From a virus (Duplodnaviria; Heunggongvirae; Uroviricota; Caudoviricetes), in IMG/VR virus record IMGVR_UViG_3300010365_001407, positions 1-49,462 of that record: a stretch of 49,462 bases of DNA, one strand, 5' to 3'. Positions 18,369-26,568 of the stretch are shown piece by piece. Positions within the stretch are counted from its first letter, which is position 1. Every line of letters begins with the position of its first letter. Both the position numbers and the translations under genes were made by a program. The notes under the pieces were generated by a model that was not told the origin of the DNA, did no database searches, and saw only the letters and a program-made list of their open reading frames with translations.

Positions 18369-19628
18369 TTAATATAATAATTCACTTTCTATATAAGCTT
18401 CATAATCTTCCAATGTATCTAAATCTTTAAAATCTAACTCTGGTAGATATTCAACTATATCATTTCTATCACATTTTGTTTTATGACCTCCATTCTTAGT
18501 TGTATAAAAAACATTTAGATTAAATCCATTCCATTCAATTCTTGAATAATGTACCTCTAATGAGGTTAATAATGCTTCAATCTTTCTTGTTTCATATTGA
18601 ACTCTTTTTTCATGCAAATCTGCAGCAACTATTTTAGTAGTTGTGTGGTTAACATCTATATAAGAAACATAGTTAAATGGTTTATCATACACATAATTTC
18701 TTTTAATCTCTGGTTTTGATTGTAATGTACCATAGGCATAAGTCTTATCAAGGTTTTTTGCTTGATAGTTAGCTAATGCAGCAATGTTTTCTTTCTTACC
18801 AGAGTAGTTACCTGTATTGTATCTACTATCATAGTAATCATCATCCCAACCAGAACCCCAACCATAAGATGTTCCACCATACCAATCATCATACTCAACT
18901 TTTGCAGGATCTCTATCTACTGGTAATTCATTCCAATTAACACTTAAACAAGCTACTGCAAGTTTTCTTAAATGTTCAATATCTTGTCTTTCAGAGAAAG
19001 TATGTTCAGAGTAATAACCTACAGAAATGTTTGTACACTCTGGATAAATACTTGTGAATTGAATAGAGTCTGTTAAAACACCATTCTTATCTAATTTATA
19101 ATCAAATGTTTTGTTGATTAAGTTTAATTCATCTGCAAGTGCTTGACCAAATTTATCAGAACAAGAACGTTTAGAACTTTGAAATGTTATAATTGAACCT
19201 GTACCTCTTCTATCAAATGAGATAACTTTATTGATACCTGGTATTTTTTCTACTTTTTGTACACCTGCTACTTTTTTAGAACCAATACATCCTACTTCTT
19301 CACCTAAGAAAAAGTAATAAAGACCTGGTACATTATGTTCTATCATATACAACATAATAGTAACACCCGCTTTATCATCTGCACCTAAGATAGATTTACC
19401 ATCTGTTTTGATAATTGTTTTATCAAAGATATGGTTAACCTTACAAAGTGCTTTAGTTGCAGTATCTAAGTGTGAAGTAAACATAGCATCACTCTCACCA
19501 ATCTTGATAAATAAGTTACCAAACTCATCTTCTTTCAAATCTTTGTTAAGAAGATGGAATAGTTCTCTCTCAGTACCATGAGGGTAAGTTCTACTTGTTA
19601 ATTCTAAAAACTTTTTTGTAATATTCAT
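18369..19628 (-). CDS. M20/M28-family zinc metallopeptidase
   Basis: SHLDT, LGADDKAG, GEEVG, SFDRRG, SEHT metal-ligand motifs. Confidence 0.8.
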   Translation of the reverse strand: MNITKKFLELTSRTYPHGTERELFHLLNKDLKEDEFGNLFIKIGESDAMFTSHLDTATKALCKVNHIFDKTIIKTDGKSILGADDKAGVTIMLYMIEHNVPGLYYFFLGEEVGCIGSKKVAGVQKVEKIPGINKVISFDRRGTGSIITFQSSKRSCSDKFGQALADELNLINKTFDYKLDKNGVLTDSIQFTSIYPECTNISVGYYSEHTFSERQDIEHLRKLAVACLSVNWNELPVDRDPAKVEYDDWYGGTSYGWGSGWDDDYYDSRYNTGNYSGKKENIAALANYQAKNLDKTYAYGTLQSKPEIKRNYVYDKPFNYVSYIDVNHTTTKIVAADLHEKRVQYETRKIEALLTSLEVHYSRIEWNGFNLNVFYTTKNGGHKTKCDRNDIVEYLPELDFKDLDTLEDYEAYIESELLY

Positions 19629-19718
19629 TTTGCTCTATTTTGCTAATATTAAATACAAAGATATAACTTTTTTTATTCTATACAAAGAATATAGTAAATT
19701 ATTTTTAATATATAACAT

Positions 19719-21959
19719 ATGTTTACAATAAATTCAAATTCTTTAAATGGTACAATAACCATATCTGACAAATTTAATACATCTGTAGATCCTTCTGCAC
19801 CTGATGCAACTCCATATCTTAATGAAATAGATTCTGAATATATTCTTAGTTTTACTAACTTAGAAGGTGTTAGTAAGTTTACTAAATTTATCTATGATAC
19901 ATTAGGAATGACTGATACAAGATATTTAGTTCAATATTACAGACTTTCTCGTGATGGTGAAAGATGGACTGATTGGTATGATCTTAAAAAGAATATTGAT
20001 AACTTTCCTGTAATAGACCCAAAAGATAAATTAAACATTGACATTAAATGGGTAAGAAAAGGAACTAATAAAATAGGTTCTATTAGAATATTAGAATATT
20101 CATTAGAAGGTATTATTGAAACAACATCTATAATAGATGATGGTTCAACTGCAGTAATTGCTGCTGGAGAAACAAAAATTATTAAACCACCTTACATATT
20201 CAAAGTATTTAGAATTGATGATGTAGAAGTTATATCATCTACTGGTGTACCTGATGGTGCTCTAAAATATAGATACTCACAAGATAATGCAAGAACTTGG
20301 TCAGATTGGGAAGTTTTAACTAAAGAAAATATTAAAACTAAAAGATTTACTCCTGTAAGATTCTTCCAAGTTGAATACTCAATAGAAAATACATCAGGTT
20401 CTCAAATAAGAGTTCAGGATATTAACCTTATTGGTAACTTTCAAAATGTAACATTAGATTCTCAAAAAAGTAACTTATATGGAATAAGAGAATGTTGTCA
20501 ATCTAATCTAAATGGTGCTTATGATGCCAATGGTAATTTCATACCTAATAATTTAAACTCAAGTAGTTCAAGCTCTGGTGCAGCAGGTGGTGGAAATTGT
20601 GCAACTCCTGCAACTTATAAACCAATGACTGCAGACCAACAAGCACTTCTTTATAATCCATATGCTCAAAATACTGCAGTTAGTCTTCTTAATCAATTAA
20701 GTAATGATGCTCAGTTAATGTTTGGACACCAAGTTATTTACTTTGCAACTGACCCAGATAAAAATGGTTATGACTATTCATTACATGAATACTCTTTATA
20801 TAATATAGTTTGTCAAGGTGACCTTAGAATATCAGTTGAAAATAATAACTTTCCTGATAGTCAGGTAGTAATGAACCAATTTGATTTAAACTTGTTCTCA
20901 ACAATGGAAGTTCATGTTACTAAAGAACAATTTAAACAAATATTTGGTGTTCAAAGAAGACCAAGTAAAGAAGACTTCTTATATTTCTGTAATCTAAACA
21001 GAATGTATATTGTTGACCATGCTCAGCAATTTAGAAGTTTTAACAATGCTGCAGTTTACTACAAATTGATATTGAAAAAATACAATCAAAAAGCAAGTAT
21101 TCAATCTGGTACTACTGAAATCCAAAATAAAATGGATATGCTTACTCAGAACTCTACCATTGATTCATTATTTGGTATTGAAAATGCACAAGATAAAGCA
21201 AGTATTGCAAATAAAGACCAGTTCAAACCTTTAACTAAAGATCCAATTAGATTGAAATATCTTGCAACAATAGATAAAGAGTTAATTGAGAATAGTTCTA
21301 CTGTAATATCTAAATCTCACTATGATTTATCATCTGTTGACTTTGGTACACCAGGAGTTGAGTATTTCAATTTGGATCCATTATTAGAAGTATCTGACAA
21401 TATTGGTTTCACTGTATGGTTTAGTATAAATAACTATATCTTAGATGAATATTATAATATGTTTGACTATTATGATAATCAACATAGTTTAGGTTGGTCT
21501 GTTAATCTTAGAAATGATAAAGTGGTAGTTATGTTAAATGAAACTCAATATGACTTTGATTTTGGAACTGGTGATGTAATTGAATTAGAAGAAGAAACTT
21601 GGTATTGTTATGTATTGAATATTGACCAAAGAAATAGAAAAATGTCACAATATATTTATAAGAGAAATGTTGAAATTGAAGATGATGCTTCTAGATTATC
21701 AAGTACAGTATTGAAGAAAGTTCATTCTAATGAACAAACTATTGAACCAGTTGATTATCAACTTGAAGGAATTGATCCTGTTATCTTAGGTTCTGATATG
21801 AAATTAACTAATGTTAGATTATTCCTTGATATAATACCAGAAGATACACATAACAAGATACTTAATCAATATGTAATGAGAGAAGATTCTAAATATCTTG
21901 TATTTGCAGACAATGCAAACTCAAGAATCTACTTACCTTCATTTCCTCTATTTGAGTAA
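19719..21959 (+). CDS. virion structural protein with T4 gp14-like neck domain and N/C extensions
   Basis: Central LMFGHQVIYF...RPSKEDFLYFCNLNRMYIVDH resembles gp14 as recalled, not searched; TAATATATA at 19706-19714. Confidence 0.55.
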   Translation: MFTINSNSLNGTITISDKFNTSVDPSAPDATPYLNEIDSEYILSFTNLEGVSKFTKFIYDTLGMTDTRYLVQYYRLSRDGERWTDWYDLKKNIDNFPVIDPKDKLNIDIKWVRKGTNKIGSIRILEYSLEGIIETTSIIDDGSTAVIAAGETKIIKPPYIFKVFRIDDVEVISSTGVPDGALKYRYSQDNARTWSDWEVLTKENIKTKRFTPVRFFQVEYSIENTSGSQIRVQDINLIGNFQNVTLDSQKSNLYGIRECCQSNLNGAYDANGNFIPNNLNSSSSSSGAAGGGNCATPATYKPMTADQQALLYNPYAQNTAVSLLNQLSNDAQLMFGHQVIYFATDPDKNGYDYSLHEYSLYNIVCQGDLRISVENNNFPDSQVVMNQFDLNLFSTMEVHVTKEQFKQIFGVQRRPSKEDFLYFCNLNRMYIVDHAQQFRSFNNAAVYYKLILKKYNQKASIQSGTTEIQNKMDMLTQNSTIDSLFGIENAQDKASIANKDQFKPLTKDPIRLKYLATIDKELIENSSTVISKSHYDLSSVDFGTPGVEYFNLDPLLEVSDNIGFTVWFSINNYILDEYYNMFDYYDNQHSLGWSVNLRNDKVVVMLNETQYDFDFGTGDVIELEEETWYCYVLNIDQRNRKMSQYIYKRNVEIEDDASRLSSTVLKKVHSNEQTIEPVDYQLEGIDPVILGSDMKLTNVRLFLDIIPEDTHNKILNQYVMREDSKYLVFADNANSRIYLPSFPLFE

Positions 21960-22013
21960 ATATCTTTTTGTGATAATACTAAAAGGTAGTTATAGTATTT
22001 TAATATATACTAT

Positions 22014-22883
22014 ATGAAATATTATGTATATGCTTATTTAGACTCAAAATTAGAAGAAAATATATCATTTGATGATATTATCTTCACACATAGACCTATT
22101 TATATAGGAAAAGGTAAAAACAATAGAATGTTTACACACCTCAATGATAGGAAAAGGTATAAGTATTATTTTTATAATAAATTAAATAAAATGATTTTAG
22201 AAGAGAATATACCATTAATAGTAAAGTTAAGAGAGTTTGAAAATGAGGAAGATGCTATTAATTTAGAAATTAAACTAATAGATTATTTAGGTAGAAAGAA
22301 ATCAGGTGGTTTATTATATAATATGACTGATGGTGGTGATGGTGTATCTGGTTATGTATATACTGATGAAGCTAAAGAAAAAATGAGTAAAAAGGCAATT
22401 GAGAACAAAAACCATATAAGATTACAAAGTTATTGGAATAAAAATACTATATTATCAGGTGAAAATCATCCTATGTTTGGTAAAAAACATAAACAATCAT
22501 CTATTGATAAAATGATTGAAAGTAGAACAGGTACTAAACAGAGTGAAGAGTGGATTGAAAAAAGAGCTGCTAAGTTAAGAGGAATTCCACTATCACAAGA
22601 ACATAGAGATAAATTAGCAGAGGTAAATAGAGGTAAGTTAGTTTCAGATGAAACAAGACAAAAACAATCAATTGCAAGACTTGGTAAAGAACCTCACAAT
22701 AAAGGTAAAATAAAGGATATTATTTTACAAATTGATTCTAATGGTATTATAGTAAAAGAATGGAATAACCTAAATGAATTGATTGATTATGGCTTTCAAA
22801 AGAGTAATGTTATAAATGTTTGTACAGGTAAAAGGAAATCACATGGTGGATTTATATGGAAATATAAATCAGACTATAATTAG
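22014..22883 (+). CDS. GIY-YIG homing endonuclease with NUMOD3-like repeats and NUMOD1
   Basis: YVYAY...IYIGKG..NR, YNMTDGGDG, GENHPMFGKKH, NVINVCTGKRKSHGGFIWKY. Confidence 0.88.
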   Translation: MKYYVYAYLDSKLEENISFDDIIFTHRPIYIGKGKNNRMFTHLNDRKRYKYYFYNKLNKMILEENIPLIVKLREFENEEDAINLEIKLIDYLGRKKSGGLLYNMTDGGDGVSGYVYTDEAKEKMSKKAIENKNHIRLQSYWNKNTILSGENHPMFGKKHKQSSIDKMIESRTGTKQSEEWIEKRAAKLRGIPLSQEHRDKLAEVNRGKLVSDETRQKQSIARLGKEPHNKGKIKDIILQIDSNGIIVKEWNNLNELIDYGFQKSNVINVCTGKRKSHGGFIWKYKSDYN

Positions 22884-23062
22884 TGATGTTTATTACCTTT
22901 TTCCTCATAGTCATGTCCTGTTTCAGATATGGCTATTTTGATTTCTAATCCAGTTTTATCATCTATAACAATAACTGATTTTTTATTAACTTTTATAATC
23001 TTACCAGTATGAATTAGTTTTGTACGAGGTACATGAAACTCTATAATATTACCTACTTTCAT
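22880..23062 (-). CDS. hypothetical protein
   Basis: ORF track; TAATG coupling. Confidence 0.5.
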   Translation of the reverse strand: MKVGNIIEFHVPRTKLIHTGKIIKVNKKSVIVIDDKTGLEIKIAISETGHDYEEKGNKHH

Positions 23063-23502
23063 TATTTAACTAAATAATCAGTAATTGCTTTCCAATCAGG
23101 AAATTTTTCTTTACCAAAGTGTAACCACTCACCTTCAAACTCAGGTTGACCTGCTTTATTATCATCATCAATTAATAAATCACCTTTTAATAATGATTTA
23201 TCACCAGCCATAATAGTTTTTTGTACAACATCATAACCTAAGTAATCCCAAACCCATTGAGCTTTCTCAGTTAATGAGTTAACATTTCTGAATGATGGTC
23301 TTGTTAAAATCCAAACATCATAATGTTCTTTAAGTAAATTAAATGCTTCTATTGCTCCTTCCATTGGTTCAAGTTTTAAGAAGAAACCCCATCTTGATTG
23401 TGGGTATTTTTGACTTGGTGTTTCTAATAAGTCTTTTTCAAAGGCTCCTTTGAAGTTACAAAGTACACCATCCATATCTATGTATAATCTTTTCTTTTTC
23501 AT
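23062..23502 (-). CDS. 5'(3')-deoxyribonucleotidase, HAD superfamily
   Basis: YIDMDGVL, WILTRP, EKAQWV, DKSLLKGDLLIDD motifs. Confidence 0.85.
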   Translation of the reverse strand: MKKKRLYIDMDGVLCNFKGAFEKDLLETPSQKYPQSRWGFFLKLEPMEGAIEAFNLLKEHYDVWILTRPSFRNVNSLTEKAQWVWDYLGYDVVQKTIMAGDKSLLKGDLLIDDDNKAGQPEFEGEWLHFGKEKFPDWKAITDYLVK

Positions 23503-23540
23503 AGTTATTATATTAAATTATTCTACAAAGATACAAAATA

Positions 23541-23576
23541 AAAAAGACATTATCTAATTTTTGATAATGTCTTTTT
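23541..23576. terminator. hairpin terminator closing tRNA array 2
   Basis: AAAAAGACATTATC...GATAATGTCTTTTT 14-bp inverted repeat. Confidence 0.8.
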
Positions 23577-23580
23577 GTTG

Positions 23581-23661
23581 AGCTAGTGACAGGATTTGAA
23601 CCTGCGGTGTTGGAGTTCCTACTTACAAGGTAGGTGCAATCGACCACTATGCGACACCAGC
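23581..23661 (-). tRNA. tRNA-Thr (TGT), extended variable region
   Basis: CCTAC-CTTGTAA-GTAGG; 12-nt variable region; U73. Confidence 0.85.
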
Positions 23662-23669
23662 ATTTTATG

Positions 23670-23743
23670 AGCTTCTCATTGGATTCGAACCAATAACATC
23701 CACATTACTAAAGTGGTACTCTGGCCAGTTGAGCTAGAGAAGC
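23670..23743 (-). tRNA. tRNA-Thr (AGT)
   Basis: GCTTCTC/GAGAAGC acceptor; loop TT-AGT-AA; U73. Confidence 0.8.
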
Positions 23744-23752
23744 ATATTTTAG

Positions 23753-23840
23753 AGGTATAGGTAGGATTTGAACCTACGATGATGAAATTAATCATTACAG
23801 TTTTGCAGACTGCACCTTTCGACCACTCAGGCACTATACC
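23753..23840 (-). tRNA. tRNA-Cys (GCA) with long variable arm
   Basis: GCAGT-CTGCAAA-ACTGT; about 19-nt variable region; U73. Confidence 0.82.
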
Positions 23841-23849
23841 ATTTTTCAG

Positions 23850-23922
23850 AGCTTCTGGCCGGGCTCGAACCGACGACATCCTCATTACAAGTGAGGTGCT
23901 CTACCAACTGAGCTACAGAAGC
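23850..23922 (-). tRNA. tRNA-Thr (TGT)
   Basis: Canonical cloverleaf, CCTCA-CTTGTAA-TGAGG. Confidence 0.93.
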
Positions 23923-23929
23923 ATTTTAG

Positions 23930-24000
23930 AGGTGCTGACTGGATTTGAACCAGTGTAGGAGGTTTTGCAGACCTCTGCCTAACCACTCGGCCACAGCACC
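23930..24000 (-). tRNA. tRNA-Cys (GCA)
   Basis: Canonical cloverleaf, GAGGT-CTGCAAA-ACCTC, U73. Confidence 0.93.
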
Positions 24001-24002
24001 AT

Positions 24003-24581
24003 CTATTTTATTTCTAAAAGATTTTCATGTATTTCTCTATGACAATTTGCACATACTAAAATACACTTATCTAATTCATCTTTAATCTTATCCCAAGCTG
24101 TACACATATTTTTAGATAGTGTAAAATCTTTTTTAGAGGGATCCAAATGGTGAAACTCTAATGCGGATACACACTTATTATATTCACATATAACACATTT
24201 ACCACCTTTATATTCTACTGCTTTTTCTTTTGTTCTTTTTCTAAATGTTTTTGTTCTTATATAGTTAGACTTTCTTCTATCATCATCACTATCAAATGTA
24301 AACTTTTTATTCTCACCATATTTGGTAACGGTACTTCTACCTACACCAAATTCCTTCATTGTTTCCTCTATAGAATTTAGTTTATAAAATTCTTTCAATT
24401 TTTCAATTTCATCTTTATCTAACTTTTTACCAGAATTAAGACCTATATCATTTAACATTTCACTCTTACAAAAGTAAGAAATTAAACTTCTAGAACAATT
24501 TAATTCTTTTTGTATTTCTCTATAGCTTTTACCTTGTTTTCTTAGTAAAATTATATTTTCTTTTTTAGAACCTTCAACCAT
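24003..24581 (-). CDS. HNH homing endonuclease inside tRNA array 2
   Basis: N-terminal HTH; CVICEY...LEFHHLDP...CILVCANCHREIH. Confidence 0.9.
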   Translation of the reverse strand: MVEGSKKENIILLRKQGKSYREIQKELNCSRSLISYFCKSEMLNDIGLNSGKKLDKDEIEKLKEFYKLNSIEETMKEFGVGRSTVTKYGENKKFTFDSDDDRRKSNYIRTKTFRKRTKEKAVEYKGGKCVICEYNKCVSALEFHHLDPSKKDFTLSKNMCTAWDKIKDELDKCILVCANCHREIHENLLEIK

Positions 24582-24627
24582 AACATATCTTTTTATGATA
24601 TATATTAATTTTTTGGTTCTACCTTTG

Positions 24628-24700
24628 TTGGTACTGTGGGTTACGATCCCACTACCTTTCGCGTATCAGGCGAATGCTCTACCGAGTGAGCTAAGTACCA
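24628..24700 (-). tRNA. tRNA-Ile (GAT)
   Basis: TTCGC-CTGATAC-GCGAA; T loop ATCGTAA is atypical. Confidence 0.85.
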
Positions 24701-24708
24701 ATATATTG

Positions 24709-24782
24709 TGATTCCTGTAGGATTCGAACCTACGACCTCTTGCATGTTAAACAAGCGCTCTTACCAGCTGAGCTAAGGAATC
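24709..24782 (-). tRNA. tRNA-Val (AAC)
   Basis: GATTCCT/AGGAATC acceptor; CTTGT-TTAACAT-GCAAG; A73. Confidence 0.82.
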
Positions 24783-24787
24783 TCTTG

Positions 24788-24870
24788 TAGGTCTACTCGG
24801 ACTCGAACCGAGATTATACTTCACGTCTCTTCCATGTAAAAGAAGGATGTTGCCATTACACCATAGACCT
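24788..24870 (-). tRNA. tRNA-Val (TAC), long variable region
   Basis: CTTCT-TTTACAT-GGAAG; 16-nt variable region. Confidence 0.8.
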
Positions 24871-24876
24871 ATTTAG

Positions 24877-24957
24877 TTGGCACAGAGGGATTTGAACCCA
24901 CATTTTCAACAACCATTTACAGTTCTCCAACTTATCAGGTTGGGCTGGTATGTGCCA
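24877..24957 (-). tRNA. D-armless tRNA-Ile-like (GAT) with very long variable region
   Basis: TGGCACA/TGTGCCA acceptor; only TACCAGC before CCAAC-CTGATAA-GTTGG; 25-nt region before the T arm. Confidence 0.6.
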
Positions 24958-24962
24958 ATATG

Positions 24963-25049
24963 CTACTGGGGTGGGATTCGAACCCACGGTGGAGCAGTGC
25001 TCATCAGATTAACAGTCTGAACCGTTCGACCAACTACGGCAACCCAGTA
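24963..25049 (-). tRNA. tRNA-Asn (GTT) with long variable arm
   Basis: TCAGA-CTGTTAA-TCTGA; variable hairpin GAGC-ACT-GCTC; G73. Confidence 0.82.
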
Positions 25050-25056
25050 ATTTTTG

Positions 25057-25127
25057 CTCTCCCACCAGGACTCGAACCTGGAATAACTGATTAACAGTCA
25101 GACGTGATACCATTTCACCATAGGAGA
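25057..25127 (-). tRNA. tRNA-Asn (GTT)
   Basis: Canonical, CT-GTT-AA loop; identical to 25340..25410. Confidence 0.93.
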
Positions 25128-25138
25128 ATATATTTTTG

Positions 25139-25212
25139 TTGACAATACTGGATTCGAACCAGTGACCTTCCCACTCGACAGGGACACTCTAACCAGACTG
25201 AGCTAATCATCA
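25139..25212 (-). tRNA. tRNA-like gene, anticodon undetermined (possibly CGA)
   Basis: Good acceptor, D and T arms; anticodon arm TCCC-TGTCGAGT-GGGA is irregular. Confidence 0.5.
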
Positions 25213-25339
25213 TAGGTAAATGTCGCACCCTTTTGTAATCTCTACCTCCACTCATGGGAGGACACAATTCTAACTTCCTTATTTCCAATTAGGTGCGAAC
25301 TAATTTTTCATATATCTGTTCCAATAGGCATTTACTTTG

Positions 25340-25410
25340 CTCTCCCACCAGGACTCGAACCTGGAATAACTGATTAACAGTCAGACGTGATACCATTTCA
25401 CCATAGGAGA
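25340..25410 (-). tRNA. tRNA-Asn (GTT), duplicate
   Basis: Exact copy of 25057..25127. Confidence 0.93.
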
Positions 25411-25420
25411 ATATTTATAT

Positions 25421-25456
25421 AAAAAGAAAAGACCCAAACTTTATGTTCGGGTCTTT
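25421..25456 (-). terminator. attenuator terminator upstream of tRNA array 2
   Basis: Minus strand AAAGACCCGAAC-ATAAA-GTTTGGGTCTTT-TCTTTTT. Confidence 0.85.
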
Positions 25457-25480
25457 AGAAATTGTTTATAATATATGAGT

Positions 25481-25570
25481 TTATACTATACATAACTGCT
25501 TACCCGATGTTGTGTTATTCACACAATTCGTAATCGTAATCACATTAATATTTATAGTAGTTGTTTTCAT
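25481..25570 (-). CDS. leader peptide 2 MKTTTININVITITNCVNNTTSGKQLCIV
   Basis: 29-aa ORF starting 6 nt after TAATATATA; residues 3-21 are only T/I/N/V/C, the array-2 amino acids. Confidence 0.85.
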   Translation of the reverse strand: MKTTTININVITITNCVNNTTSGKQLCIV

Positions 25571-25575
25571 TGTTT

Positions 25576-25646
25576 TATATATTAAATTTTTATTGTCCCT
25601 TTTTGGTTTTTTTTGTTTTTCTTTGATTATTTATAGTACAAAAGTA
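25576..25646 (-). promoter_or_regulatory. tandem promoters for array 2: TAATATATA (25576-25584) and TACTTTTG (25639-25646)
   Basis: Motif recurrence at the same relative positions as arrays 1 and 3. Confidence 0.7.
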
Positions 25647-25847
25647 ATATAAAGTTTTTAATCTACCTAATCTTTTATTATTTATTTTGATAATTTTTTT
25701 TAATCTTGTCTGAAATCATATTTCCAATTCTTTCTCTTTCCTTTTGTTCACTATCATACTTACCTGATAAGTAGTCATATGTCATTAACATACCTGTTCT
25801 TTTATCAATGTCCTCTTCATTGGGCCATATTTCCCACATATATTCAA

Positions 25848-26060
25848 CTAATCTTTCATATGCAACATGTCTATTTTAGGAAAATATTTTGTTAAAAAGT
25901 CATATGCTTTTATCATACCTTCTTTTTCATCTACTTGACGTTCTGGTGTATGATTACTTAAATGACTATTATTAAATATATCTTCTATATGTTTTTCTAA
26001 ATCTTCTTTACTTTTTAAGTTTTCATTTACTGAGAAATCATTGAACTTTTTAATTGACAT
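25848..26060 (-). CDS. small hypothetical protein with CTS-like N-terminus
   Basis: MSIKKFNDFSVNE start. Confidence 0.55.
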   Translation of the reverse strand: MSIKKFNDFSVNENLKSKEDLEKHIEDIFNNSHLSNHTPERQVDEKEGMIKAYDFLTKYFPKIDMLHMKD

Positions 26061-26061
26061 A

Positions 26062-26292
26062 TTAATTGTTTTTCTTATATATTAAATCTATCTTATCATT
26101 TCTTTCTTCTCTAAGAGTAACATCTTCTGCTATTTCTTTATTGAATATAACATATGTTGAAGTACAATTATCACAATACCACCCATCAGTGTTCCAAGGT
26201 AAATCCTCAGGTGAATATTCTATTTCATCCTTCTTACAATGTAAACAAGGTTTAACTTCATATATCTTATCTTCAACTTTAATTAGTTTCAT
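26062..26292 (-). CDS. small Zn-ribbon-like protein
   Basis: CLHC...CDNC; ends with RNDKIDLI motif. Confidence 0.6.
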   Translation of the reverse strand: MKLIKVEDKIYEVKPCLHCKKDEIEYSPEDLPWNTDGWYCDNCTSTYVIFNKEIAEDVTLREERNDKIDLIYKKNN

Positions 26293-26305
26293 ATCTTAGT
26301 TTTTG

Positions 26306-26386
26306 TACGCCTGGAGGGACTCGAACCCTCACACCTTTCGGCACTAGCTCCTAAGGCTAGCGTGTCTACCATTCCACCACAGACGC
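26306..26386 (-). tRNA. tRNA-Leu (TAG)
   Basis: CTAGC-CTTAGGA-GCTAG, variable arm, A73. Confidence 0.93.
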
Positions 26387-26395
26387 ATATTTTTG

Positions 26396-26482
26396 TACCC
26401 CTACCCAGACTCGAACTGGGAACGTATCATTGTTTTCCACGGTGTCTTAGACCGCAAGCTTTACCAATTTGCTCATAAGGGC
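26396..26482 (-). tRNA. tRNA-Leu (AAG)
   Basis: GCGGT-CTAAGAC-ACCGT, long variable region, A73. Confidence 0.8.
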
Positions 26483-26487
26483 TTTTG

Positions 26488-26568
26488 TACCCCAGATAGG
26501 ATTCGAACCTATATTTTCAGTTTCCAATTACCCGTAGTTGTTTAGAAGACAACTGGGACTACTGAGGC
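26488..26568 (-). tRNA. D-armless tRNA-Arg-like (TCT) with very long variable region
   Basis: GCCTCAG/CTGGGGT acceptor; GTTGT-CTTCTAA-ACAAC; T arm ATAGG-TTCGAAT-CCTAT; same 81-nt layout as 24877..24957. Confidence 0.6.

Noticed and set aside
25481-25570. Leader composition as a mere AT-bias artefact (Ile/Asn/Thr codons are AT-rich)
   Set aside because: AT bias would also give Lys/Phe/Tyr/Leu, which are absent from the control run; leaders 1 and 4 use GC-rich codons (CCG, CAG, GCG, GGC) and each leader matches only its own array
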